From IMG/VR virus record IMGVR_UViG_3300028591_000075, positions 160,001-224,000 of that record: 64,000 nucleotides of DNA; one strand, given 5' to 3'. Positions 28,801 to 36,975 of this stretch are shown one piece after another. Source of the stretch: a virus. Taxonomy: Duplodnaviria; Caudoviricetes. Each line of letters starts with the position of its first letter. Position 1 is the stretch's first letter. The notes below the pieces were generated by a model that searched no databases, was not told the DNA's origin, and saw nothing but the letters and a program-made list of their open reading frames with translations. The position numbers and the translations under genes are program-made.

Positions 28801-31800
28801 CATATCTGGACCTTTTCGAAATCATTAAGAAGTACGATTCATCGGCTACATCTGCATACAATGCTTTGAGGACTGTATCCAGTGAAAGCGACCTGCGGGG
28901 AGTATATTACAACTATCCTGTGAATAGTTATGTTAATACATTCTACCAATGCGCAACGTTCGAAGGTACTCCTACCACTTCTGCAATTACCGATGCATCC
29001 GACCAGGCGGCGTACAATTCGGCAAGCATGTCCTTCACGTCTTATGGGTCCATGCTATTGTCCAAAATCAACAATCCTACCGGACATTATGAGACAGTAA
29101 CTGAAGATATCATTTGCAACACGGTTGTGTTTGGCGAAGGCAATACGTCCAATCACTACAACAGCATATTGATTGGTAGTGGAAACATTTCCCGCGCTCC
29201 GGATGAGGAAGTTGCCAATACGGATGATGATGGTTTCGTGGTGGCACTCGGGCGGAAGAACGAGGTACTTCGCAACTATGATATCGCCATAGGCTGCAAG
29301 TCGAAGGCGCTTGGTGGCGAGAACGTAGCCATACAGCACTCCACCGCCGGTGATGGGAATGCTTCCTATCATAACCTTGCCATGTTCGACTCTACCGCAC
29401 TCGGCACCGGCAACACTGCAATTCAGCAGAGTTTTGTTGACAGCGGGTATAATAACATAGCCGCCCTACAGAGTCACGTGAACGGAGGAACATACAACCT
29501 TGCCCTGTTTGGTTCCCAAGTTGCGGGTGACCAGAACATAGCATTGATGGGTTCAAAGATTACGGCATCTACCAATACCGAGAAAGGGGACGACCCGTTC
29601 CCCAGGGCACATCAGAACTGCCTGTTTGATTCTACATTGAACCAAGGCGACCTTCCAACTGACGCTCCGTGGGCAAATTATGAAATAGAGAAGAAGTCGT
29701 CCGAGTCGAATTTACTTATTGACACGGACATAAATATTGCTGCGCAATCATTCTCTCGAAACCTTGTGATAGGACGTAACAAACACGAGTACCATGACGC
29801 CACGGTAAACTGGGAAGTATTGAATTTTGTTGACAACATCATTACCGGGTTGAATAGTCAGGTTGAGCCTACACTTGCGTTAAATTACATTCAAAACGTA
29901 ACCCATAATATCTGGTTGAACTGCGAATATGATTTGACTGGTATCGAGGTACTTAATAGTAATTTCGCATTTGCTTCGGAATTAAAGCAAGTGGGCACTA
30001 CCAGCGGGTCAAGCGCGTATCCAGATATGCGCACAAAGTACCTCGGTAACTTTATATTCAGGTCAAAAACGGAAGGAACGGGCGCAGAGATAAATGACAA
30101 CGTACTGTTCTATGATTCTGTCTTAAGAACTAATACGCCAAATGTCGGTGACCATGCGACGTTGGCCGGTAACTTCTTGATGCATTCTGAGCTCTCTTAT
30201 GATAGCAGCGATGTAGATAAGGTACCTGTATTCAACTTCCAGTATAATTCCGACTTTGTAAATACTCAGCAGTCATTCAGCTTCTCGACAAATACCGTCC
30301 CACGAGAGGAATACTATCTCGCGAATGCATATGGTCCTGCTAATCTGATGTATTGTAACCAGTCCTGGAACTTTGGCGGAAATCACCTTGACTTCTGTAC
30401 TCAGTCGTTGATGGTGGGTGCCGATTCCGCAATGAGCAACTGTAACAGGTGTTACACGTTCGGTGCTAAGAATAATATGTTTATGCCAGTTACTGACGCA
30501 GATGGGTGGCATGCGCTGCATAATGATCTTATTGTTGGTGAAACAAATAGGTTATTATATGATTTCAACACAAATGATGATTCTAGTAACCGGCTGTATG
30601 GAACCGATAATCTTCTTAGTGTTCATGGCGGAGGCTTCGCATTCAATAATCTCATAGATGGCACAGAAAACACAATTGAGATATTTAATGCACGGGTTGG
30701 TGCCAACACGATACGTGGCGAACGCAACAGGATGTATCTGACCTTCAATGAAGCCAGTAGTTCCGGTGATCGTGATGTAAATAAAGAGAACGTGTTGCTT
30801 GGTAGTTCTAACCTCATATCAGCCGATAGTAGAATTGGGCGTGTCGTTCTTACTGAGAATCAGGTGGCAAATGGCATTGTGGTTGATTGTCCAAAATTTG
30901 TGCCCGCAACGACTTTCTCGTGGTATGTCTACAAGGGCCCCAAGATGTCAATCTCCAACAATGGCTATTACCTCTACGTGAGAAGACTAGGCACCATAGT
31001 TTCCACCCGTCTCCCATCCGGGGCGACAATAGTGGCAGCATTGGTACCTGGTGACCTTGTGGATGGTGTGAACAATGGCACGTTGGTAGATAATGGATAC
31101 TACAAGGCTACTGGCGATTTGGCTAACATTGAATTGCCGAATATCAGTTACGAGGCGTTGGACGCTGATTATCTATATTCATTACAAAACGGAGTTGCAT
31201 ATCTTGGGGAGAAAAGTGACCCTCATGAATCGAACCAGCCGGCTCACCTGGTAGACCATAACCTACTCGTCGGAAGCTACAACCTAGTACACTCCAATAC
31301 AGTATATTATACTCTCCTGGGGTGTTTTAACGAAGTTAGGTGCACGGACATTCCGTATCCCAGTTTTGCATATGGCCATGGCTTTGTATGCGGTAACAAC
31401 AACCAGGTTGAAAACGGTTCCAACATCCTATGCTTTGGTAACGGTAACTATTCAACCGGGTTCAACTCCGTTGCAATTGGAATGAACCTGAAGTCCAACA
31501 AGTGGCAGACGGTAATCGGGAAGTATAACGTGCCCATCGAAGGTCCAAACAGGTTGGACATCGAAAACCCACAGGATCCTAATGCCGCATTGTTTATAAT
31601 CGGTAACGGTTTCAGTGAGAAGGATGACGATGATTGGCAAGATGAGCAGTACATTACGCGCTCGAACGCTATGGTTGTCTATGCCGATGGTACCGTCAGG
31701 GCCAAGAAGTTCGTATCTGACGAACCTGAACTAGAACTGATCAAGGGTACCGGAATCGAGATGACCGATGACATCACCGCCGGTACGAGGACGATATCCG

Positions 31801-31922
31801 TATCTCAGGAAATTCAGGACCTCCTCACGTTCCTGTCCAGTAGGCCGGCAACCGGAACTTACACTATAAATTCAACGGATGGGGTACTTACGTGGGAACC
31901 TATCGGGATTACGCAGGTATAA
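25845..31922 (+). CDS. Giant tail fibre/adhesin with YadA-head (Hep/Hag)-like repeats, ~2020 aa (true start may be 25851 or 25872)
   Basis: Extensive 'S(I/V)A(I/V)G' 13-14-aa repeats; C-terminal 'QTVIGKYN...LFIIGNG...RSNAMVVYADG'. Confidence 0.75.
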   Translation: MKMAILVSAMDNKTIIGYEILAKRAIETESGINIDDALSRITAFRVVRGEGEDHHPSSDVTVSTKILYYTKTDKGYIAWIWVDGEGWVSAGGVSNESWKAWSEEHGSSAANEDSVYIGENLTAEGEFPSYQFGHDNVVDGEVPEFVEPQEIVSMNIGAMNTVHGEGINIGKKNTTDTFGITIGQRNVSHGAGIAIGEDLTVDNGSIGIGKRMRLESGSYAIGSNPTDFRVGYGSHLFGSNNSGLLDNGSYLFGGQNNLQSTYGSIIAGLSNQILYSSAGGISIFGCHNIIGNGDYPSGSVALGNYHDIKGSSSVSLGIAAGSKNCSIAISAKGTNSELGSFADTGSIAIGNRGVYAYYGSASMGTDGVAAHDHSVSIGNGGVHTYNYSFAFGTRVTAHSYSMALGMDGCYAFEQSISVGRSGSTALDRSMVFGRDGVFGFYRGIVVGHTGASAMYHALAIGIENVKGKYNSVAVGRAGVYATEGSVSVGNGGYARAGSMSLLNVPNAGSFSYKTEAWNSLEKLALFLFRSKDGTQGYVDVKLTGVQFNSGTYTVTSTGNQYSETRYLPFNSLGVAIRGHIDEHGNIVPFYIPMTTEMESVTIPDGWVNVSWGDTYNDTVSVDTNVTPDKVGFGAINGSLVMGNGVTLASGGSVAISKRKSTEGYFQYSVSNVANNAISILVRTGTTSDNSYTPISRFSASATNSSIAFGTGVKANDESTVIGLDSYANRGSLAIGYGLWNPGTPVGTAIDDSLLISTVGYPSDGVKTRGSSWGTSIAIGNGPVATSASQSIGICTKAESKSVSIGYYSRSSNESIAIGDDNETGLNAFAIGTKNLSYGWSMLFGVDNKTPRERGAHATLIGYNNTSTSNIEKLEKEYDVWTSEPYVITDADRSTMDGYANTITGIVGQYLGSSAGTTLSNYLSAYKSYYYGNGTAPAYTSEIETIFNSLITNPVFIMTEEDKAAYLDVYYREDPTYTYSWEFVKGAYLDLFEIIKKYDSSATSAYNALRTVSSESDLRGVYYNYPVNSYVNTFYQCATFEGTPTTSAITDASDQAAYNSASMSFTSYGSMLLSKINNPTGHYETVTEDIICNTVVFGEGNTSNHYNSILIGSGNISRAPDEEVANTDDDGFVVALGRKNEVLRNYDIAIGCKSKALGGENVAIQHSTAGDGNASYHNLAMFDSTALGTGNTAIQQSFVDSGYNNIAALQSHVNGGTYNLALFGSQVAGDQNIALMGSKITASTNTEKGDDPFPRAHQNCLFDSTLNQGDLPTDAPWANYEIEKKSSESNLLIDTDINIAAQSFSRNLVIGRNKHEYHDATVNWEVLNFVDNIITGLNSQVEPTLALNYIQNVTHNIWLNCEYDLTGIEVLNSNFAFASELKQVGTTSGSSAYPDMRTKYLGNFIFRSKTEGTGAEINDNVLFYDSVLRTNTPNVGDHATLAGNFLMHSELSYDSSDVDKVPVFNFQYNSDFVNTQQSFSFSTNTVPREEYYLANAYGPANLMYCNQSWNFGGNHLDFCTQSLMVGADSAMSNCNRCYTFGAKNNMFMPVTDADGWHALHNDLIVGETNRLLYDFNTNDDSSNRLYGTDNLLSVHGGGFAFNNLIDGTENTIEIFNARVGANTIRGERNRMYLTFNEASSSGDRDVNKENVLLGSSNLISADSRIGRVVLTENQVANGIVVDCPKFVPATTFSWYVYKGPKMSISNNGYYLYVRRLGTIVSTRLPSGATIVAALVPGDLVDGVNNGTLVDNGYYKATGDLANIELPNISYEALDADYLYSLQNGVAYLGEKSDPHESNQPAHLVDHNLLVGSYNLVHSNTVYYTLLGCFNEVRCTDIPYPSFAYGHGFVCGNNNQVENGSNILCFGNGNYSTGFNSVAIGMNLKSNKWQTVIGKYNVPIEGPNRLDIENPQDPNAALFIIGNGFSEKDDDDWQDEQYITRSNAMVVYADGTVRAKKFVSDEPELELIKGTGIEMTDDITAGTRTISVSQEIQDLLTFLSSRPATGTYTINSTDGVLTWEPIGITQV

Positions 31923-31923
31923 T

Positions 31924-33498
31924 ATGACGACAAAAGTAAATCTAGTAGCAAGCGTAAACGCTGATACATGCAAGGTTACCATCAACAACAAGAGTCGGTG
32001 GGCGACTGTCCCGGATGCAGTGAAAACTGGATTGACCGGCGGTTCCGTTTTTATCCCGATCCTGTGGAACGGTGATGCCGACTATACTTTCGTCGCAGCA
32101 TCGTCCGGAACGGTTTCTCCGAACGGAATTACCGTCGACAACCTTACACAAGATGTCATTGTTGAATTGGTCGATGCGAAAGTGCGACTTGTTGTCATCA
32201 GCGACGATCCCGAGGCCATTTCCTCGATAACGCCAACCGATAGTTACGTTGCGGTCAACGCAACTGCGATATGCCAGGTGACGTACAATTCTAATTTCGA
32301 CTACCATCACATAAAACCGTCGGTGGGGGCGGCAACCGCGAATGGCCTGGAAATACCCGTTGGTAATTCCGACCTTACTGTTACAGTCGTCCCGAATATT
32401 TTGGATGTGTATGTAGCCAACAACAACGCCAAATGGGCATCCGCCAGTCCAAACGAGGCACATGTGCGATACGGTACACCGGTTTCGTTCAACGTGACCT
32501 ATACAGATGGCGCCGATGCATCGTGCCTGGTTACCCCGGTATCTACCGAGGTGGATGGGGTAGAGGGACACGGGGTAACTGTCGGGACCAACACGCTATC
32601 GGTTCCTGATGGCGTGGCGCATGGGGGGAACATCATTCTGGCCCCAGCAAAGGTCCAGGTAAACGCCCATATAGCTTGTAATGAAGTCGTTTCCGTGTCC
32701 CCCGTTACTCAATATGTATCACCGGGAGCCACGGTTACTGCCACGATTACCTATGCTTCAGGTAAGTCGGACAGCGACATTTCTCTAAGTCGCGGAACTG
32801 TCAGCGGAAATACAATGAGCATACCCACATCATCCTCCGAACGGTATGCTACCAGCAATATACTGGGATCGGTGATGATTGGCGGAAGACGGTATCCCAC
32901 CGTAATTATCGGAAACCGTATGTGGATGGCCGAGAACCTTGATCATAAATGGGATGGGCTTACCATAAGCACAACTCTTGATGAGCGCTCGGTTTGTGGA
33001 GTGTACTATATGAATGACGAGTACACGTATGGATATAACGGAAAGAAGTTCGGCATCCTTTACAACAGGATGGCCAGAGACTATCTCATTACGAATGCGT
33101 CAACGATATTTCCGGAAGGGTGGAGAATACCCCTGGAAGCCGATTTCCATGATCTATTGATGTCAACTGGGTTCACCCAGGTAAGTCCGAGGGTTTATTC
33201 CGGTAATATCAGCGTCCTGCATGCACCCGGTTACGAATGGGCATTGCCTGATGTGTGTACCGATGAATACGGATTTCATGGGGTGCCGTCCGGATTGAAG
33301 ATAAGTTCCGGCGGGTCTTTCCAATGGAAGCGAATGGCTTTTCATGTCTTAGTTAGTGGATATGAACCTTCTGGCCCGACGGATTATTCCAACTACGGCT
33401 GTATAGAGACTTGGAGTCAGAATGAGATAAAATTCGACTTCAATAACTGGTACTACAGGCCATATGAATACGCTATAAGACTTGTAAAAGATATATAA
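31924..33498 (+). CDS. Virion-associated protein with tandem beta-sandwich repeats and a C-terminal Fib_succ_major (FISUMP) domain
   Basis: Start reassigned to ATG 31924. 'YPTVIIGNRMWMAENL...FGILYN...PEGWRIP...DEYGF...AIRLVKD' are hallmark motifs of the Fibrobacter succinogenes major paralogous domain. Confidence 0.8.
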   Translation: MTTKVNLVASVNADTCKVTINNKSRWATVPDAVKTGLTGGSVFIPILWNGDADYTFVAASSGTVSPNGITVDNLTQDVIVELVDAKVRLVVISDDPEAISSITPTDSYVAVNATAICQVTYNSNFDYHHIKPSVGAATANGLEIPVGNSDLTVTVVPNILDVYVANNNAKWASASPNEAHVRYGTPVSFNVTYTDGADASCLVTPVSTEVDGVEGHGVTVGTNTLSVPDGVAHGGNIILAPAKVQVNAHIACNEVVSVSPVTQYVSPGATVTATITYASGKSDSDISLSRGTVSGNTMSIPTSSSERYATSNILGSVMIGGRRYPTVIIGNRMWMAENLDHKWDGLTISTTLDERSVCGVYYMNDEYTYGYNGKKFGILYNRMARDYLITNASTIFPEGWRIPLEADFHDLLMSTGFTQVSPRVYSGNISVLHAPGYEWALPDVCTDEYGFHGVPSGLKISSGGSFQWKRMAFHVLVSGYEPSGPTDYSNYGCIETWSQNEIKFDFNNWYYRPYEYAIRLVKDI

Positions 33499-33505
33499 TT
33501 TATAG

Positions 33506-34081
33506 GTGGAGATGAATATGAAGAAAATCGTCATAATTAGGGGTGTCCCTGGGGCCGGAAAGACGACTCTTGCGACCAAGTTGGAAGGTGAGATGAACGG
33601 TAGGGGCATAGCTTGCATCCACCACGAGGCTGACCAGTATTTTGCTGAGGATCCGAGACGGTACTTGCCATCCAAGGCCGGTGACGCATATGAATGGGTA
33701 CTCGGGAAAACCCGCGACTCCATTCATGATTTCGATGTGGTTATCGTGTCCAGCATGAACATCCATGCGTACGAGGTATACAAGTATGTCGCTATCGCGG
33801 ACGAGAACCGGGCTGAAAACATCGTATTCCATCTGGTAAGCGACTATGGTAACGTCCACGGAGTAAAGCCAGCCGTAATCAAGTCGCTGAAAAGTGATTT
33901 CGAGCCGTATGACGGCGAACACATCATCAGTGATCCGGAGGCGGAGTATGATTCCATCGTAAGCATGATAATCGAAGGGTTCACTCCTAGGGAAGAATTG
34001 CCGCCCGAGGCTTCTTCTCCTGAGACGGCATCCCCGGAAACCGAACAAGACACTCCTGTTGAACAGGATGACAAGAAGTAA
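33506..34081 (+). CDS. P-loop kinase (AAA_33 / N4BP2-like, polynucleotide-kinase-like)
   Basis: IIRGVPGAGKTT, EADQYF and NVHGV motifs; acidic disordered tail. The start could be 33506, 33512 or 33518. Confidence 0.8.
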   Translation: MEMNMKKIVIIRGVPGAGKTTLATKLEGEMNGRGIACIHHEADQYFAEDPRRYLPSKAGDAYEWVLGKTRDSIHDFDVVIVSSMNIHAYEVYKYVAIADENRAENIVFHLVSDYGNVHGVKPAVIKSLKSDFEPYDGEHIISDPEAEYDSIVSMIIEGFTPREELPPEASSPETASPETEQDTPVEQDDKK

Positions 34082-34084
34082 TGT

Positions 34085-35035
34085 ATGATCAAAATCGCAG
34101 TAGCCATAACCAACCACAACCAGCATGAGATGGTTTCTGAGACCATCGAAATGCTGCGGTCGGCCCCTACAAAGCCATCCCATATATATGTCCTATCCGA
34201 CGGCAAGCCGTTCTGGGACTTTTCCGGTGACCCGAGAATTATCCCGGTAAACAATGCCAAGAAGTTCATTGGCCGGTGCGGCAATCGCAATTCCGTGATA
34301 GAGCCATTTCTCCATTCCGCCGACGATGCAATTGTGTTCATGGACGGTGACTGTTTCCCGGATACCGACGATTTCCTTGGGAAGTACGCGGCGCTGCTCC
34401 AGAAACACGACCTGGTGTTCGGCACCAGGCGCCATACCGATGTCGACGGCCTGGACATGCCTCCCTCCGACCTGCTCACGGCAAACATGGACAACATGTG
34501 GAACAATCTCCCCCTGAACTATGCCGACTTGCGCGTCGTATCCGGGGCAGTGTCCGGGTGGGCCGATGCGAAGACGTTCAACGAGCGCCTCGACCTCATG
34601 CTCACCGGGATGATCGGGTGGAGCTGCAATTTCGGTTTTTCCAAGAAGGGGCTGAAAGCCATCAGGAAATTCCAGAAGAGTACCTACGGCCTGGACGAGG
34701 GCATCTTCGATTCGGAAGCATTCGGCAATGGCTGGGGCTACGAGGACGTGGCGATGGGGATAGACGCCCTGTATGCCGGTCTCGACATCCAGATTACCGA
34801 CGACATAAGGGTTGCGCACAGGGCGCATGACCGTTCTGACGGCCTGTTCGACCACATCAAGGGTCGCCACGCCATCATGGAACGTCACCGCATGCTTGAA
34901 CGCTACGCCAAGACAAGAAACGGGATCCTCAGGCTCGCCATGACCGCATCCGCGTTCTTTACTGCCGGGCTCATCACCGGCATGGTCACCATGGCGATAA
35001 ACTGCGAGAGTCTGATTACTTCTCTATTCGGATAG
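34085..35035 (+). CDS. GT2-type glycosyltransferase with a C-terminal membrane anchor
   Basis: FMDGDC (DxD), WSCNFG and GWGYED (GT7C-like) motifs; hydrophobic C-terminal helix. Confidence 0.85.
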   Translation: MIKIAVAITNHNQHEMVSETIEMLRSAPTKPSHIYVLSDGKPFWDFSGDPRIIPVNNAKKFIGRCGNRNSVIEPFLHSADDAIVFMDGDCFPDTDDFLGKYAALLQKHDLVFGTRRHTDVDGLDMPPSDLLTANMDNMWNNLPLNYADLRVVSGAVSGWADAKTFNERLDLMLTGMIGWSCNFGFSKKGLKAIRKFQKSTYGLDEGIFDSEAFGNGWGYEDVAMGIDALYAGLDIQITDDIRVAHRAHDRSDGLFDHIKGRHAIMERHRMLERYAKTRNGILRLAMTASAFFTAGLITGMVTMAINCESLITSLFG

Positions 35036-35082
35036 GTACGACAAACAGTAGACATTGACTGCCATCGAATGGCTGCATTTGT

Positions 35083-35114
35083 GAACTGCCGCGTGTTTCG
35101 CGACAGTTCTTTTT
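35083..35114 (+). terminator. Intrinsic terminator
   Basis: GAACTG-c-CGCG-tgttt-CGCG-a-CAGTTC-TTTTT. Confidence 0.7.
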
Positions 35115-35127
35115 AGTCCCTTAAAGT

Positions 35128-35135
35128 TATAAACT
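35128..35135 (+). promoter_or_regulatory. TATAAACT putative late promoter (leaderless arrangement)
   Basis: The motif ends 6 nt before ATG 35142, with no SD sequence. Confidence 0.55.
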
Positions 35136-35141
35136 GCCGGT

Positions 35142-35672
35142 ATGAAACCCTGCAACTGTCATCCACCGATGCCGCCAAAATACACGCCTGGTCCAGTGCA
35201 GACCAGCGCATCTACGCTGTATCCTAGTGTGATGCCAAGGCCCGTTATCATCCCGGATGCTCCGCATTTGCCAGATGTACCTCCCATACCCATGCAGGGT
35301 CCCATGCCGGCACCCGGTCCCGCTGTGCCGGTGATCCCACCCGATTGCAAGCGGAAACCGTGTCCGCCTCCTAAGCCGAGACCGCCTAGACCACCGTGCC
35401 CGCCATGTCCACCGGGACCACCGTGCCCACCAATTCATCCACCGCATCCCCCGGTACCTGTACCGGAACCTTGCGACGTGTCCAGCAAGTTCAAGGAAGT
35501 TGTTGTCGATGGGGTTGGCGATGTCAAGGTTGACAAGATTGACGAGGTGTACCGCACGGTATACCTGGTGAGCTTTGATGGGTTTGAGAAGCGGTACGAG
35601 CTGGAACCGTATACGAAAGAAGAGATTTCCGCCATGTTCGACCAGATTGATAACGGGGTTGCCGATGAATGA
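35142..35672 (+). CDS. Proline/cysteine-rich protein
   Basis: The first ~110 aa are dominated by Pro (PPRPPCPPCPPGPPCPP), followed by a small globular C-terminus; its stop overlaps the next start. Confidence 0.65.
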   Translation: MKPCNCHPPMPPKYTPGPVQTSASTLYPSVMPRPVIIPDAPHLPDVPPIPMQGPMPAPGPAVPVIPPDCKRKPCPPPKPRPPRPPCPPCPPGPPCPPIHPPHPPVPVPEPCDVSSKFKEVVVDGVGDVKVDKIDEVYRTVYLVSFDGFEKRYELEPYTKEEISAMFDQIDNGVADE

Positions 35673-36951
35673 TGTAGTAGCTCCAGAAATAATCAAGTAC
35701 CTTGATGAAGCCGGCCTGAAACAGACGTATGCCAGGTTGAATCGCCGATACAAGATAGTCGACGAGTTACCCGCTGATATTTCCGCGATGACGCCATATG
35801 ATAGGAATGCGATTTATGTCGTCAAGGAAGAATATGAAGATGGGACGAGTTTCTTCCCGTACATAATCGACGATGGAAAATGGGTAAGTCTTGGTATATC
35901 ACCGGAAGAGATTGACGGCAAGGCAGACCTTGTCGAAAGCGGTGTCAAGGGACATGTCACCGTACTGGATGAGTATGGGAACATAGCCGATGCGGGCATG
36001 TATCCCGGCGTGTTCATTGCGTTGACATCTGACCGCAACATGAACGGCAAGGCGACCAACCTGATGCATATCTGGTCGGCCTATATCAGCGGCATGCCGG
36101 TCCTGCTGTTGGATAATGCGGGGAACGGGCTCTACGCTGCCTTGAACGCGGCAGGGTACCTATGGGTTGAACGCGGGTATGTCAGGGAGGAACAATGTAC
36201 TCTCGGTGACAACAACAGGCCAGTTGATGACACAACCCATGGATATATCAGGCGCCTTAGCGGTAAGATACATTTCTACTCCGATCCGGAGTGCACGAAA
36301 GAAATTGTTGGTGTTGATGGCAAATTCTACCTGGATTGCGTAGGTAACAAGGTGTACCGGTTCTTTGACGAGGTATTCGTCAAGGTACAGCGCTTCATCC
36401 AGTTCTCCACCCTGGAACTGGACAAGGCAAGCGATCCTGTATGGGAAGACCGAGAGGTTTCCAGCATGGTGTACTACCGCATGGTGGAACCGCTTGGTTC
36501 TTGGTCGCCCGATACCTTCTCGGTAGTGAAGATTACCGCTTCCGGTGGTGGTGGCGGTGACATTAGGTGCAAGGCCGACAAGGTAGTTAATGCCGTCGAT
36601 GGACACCTGGCCGGGTTGTCCGGCGATGGAAATCTTACCGATTCCGGACTTGACCCCGAGGACCTTGCTACCCGTGAGGAGCTTGATAAAAAGTGTGATA
36701 CTGACTATGTCAATCTCCAACTGGCCAAGAAGGCTGACAAGGGCTATGTCGACCTGGAACTGGCAAAGAAGATTGACAAGGGCTATGCCGTGGAACGCAT
36801 CGCAACACCCGATGGTGTACTTCCGATGGTGGACGGTCTAGTTACCATACCAAAGGCCTTATCCAACACGCCCGGCGTATATGGAAAGAGTGGCCTGGTA
36901 AGTATGCGCTATGATGAATTTAACAACTCGGGCATGATTGAACGCCCATAA
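35665..36951 (+). CDS. Tail-fibre-like protein
   Basis: Start reassigned to ATG 35665. 'KADxV....GH...L...GN..D.G' repeats and 'KADKGYVDLELAKK' coiled repeats. Confidence 0.6.
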   Translation: MNDVVAPEIIKYLDEAGLKQTYARLNRRYKIVDELPADISAMTPYDRNAIYVVKEEYEDGTSFFPYIIDDGKWVSLGISPEEIDGKADLVESGVKGHVTVLDEYGNIADAGMYPGVFIALTSDRNMNGKATNLMHIWSAYISGMPVLLLDNAGNGLYAALNAAGYLWVERGYVREEQCTLGDNNRPVDDTTHGYIRRLSGKIHFYSDPECTKEIVGVDGKFYLDCVGNKVYRFFDEVFVKVQRFIQFSTLELDKASDPVWEDREVSSMVYYRMVEPLGSWSPDTFSVVKITASGGGGGDIRCKADKVVNAVDGHLAGLSGDGNLTDSGLDPEDLATREELDKKCDTDYVNLQLAKKADKGYVDLELAKKIDKGYAVERIATPDGVLPMVDGLVTIPKALSNTPGVYGKSGLVSMRYDEFNNSGMIERP

Positions 36952-36975
36952 AAGGAATTAAAACGAGGATAACTT

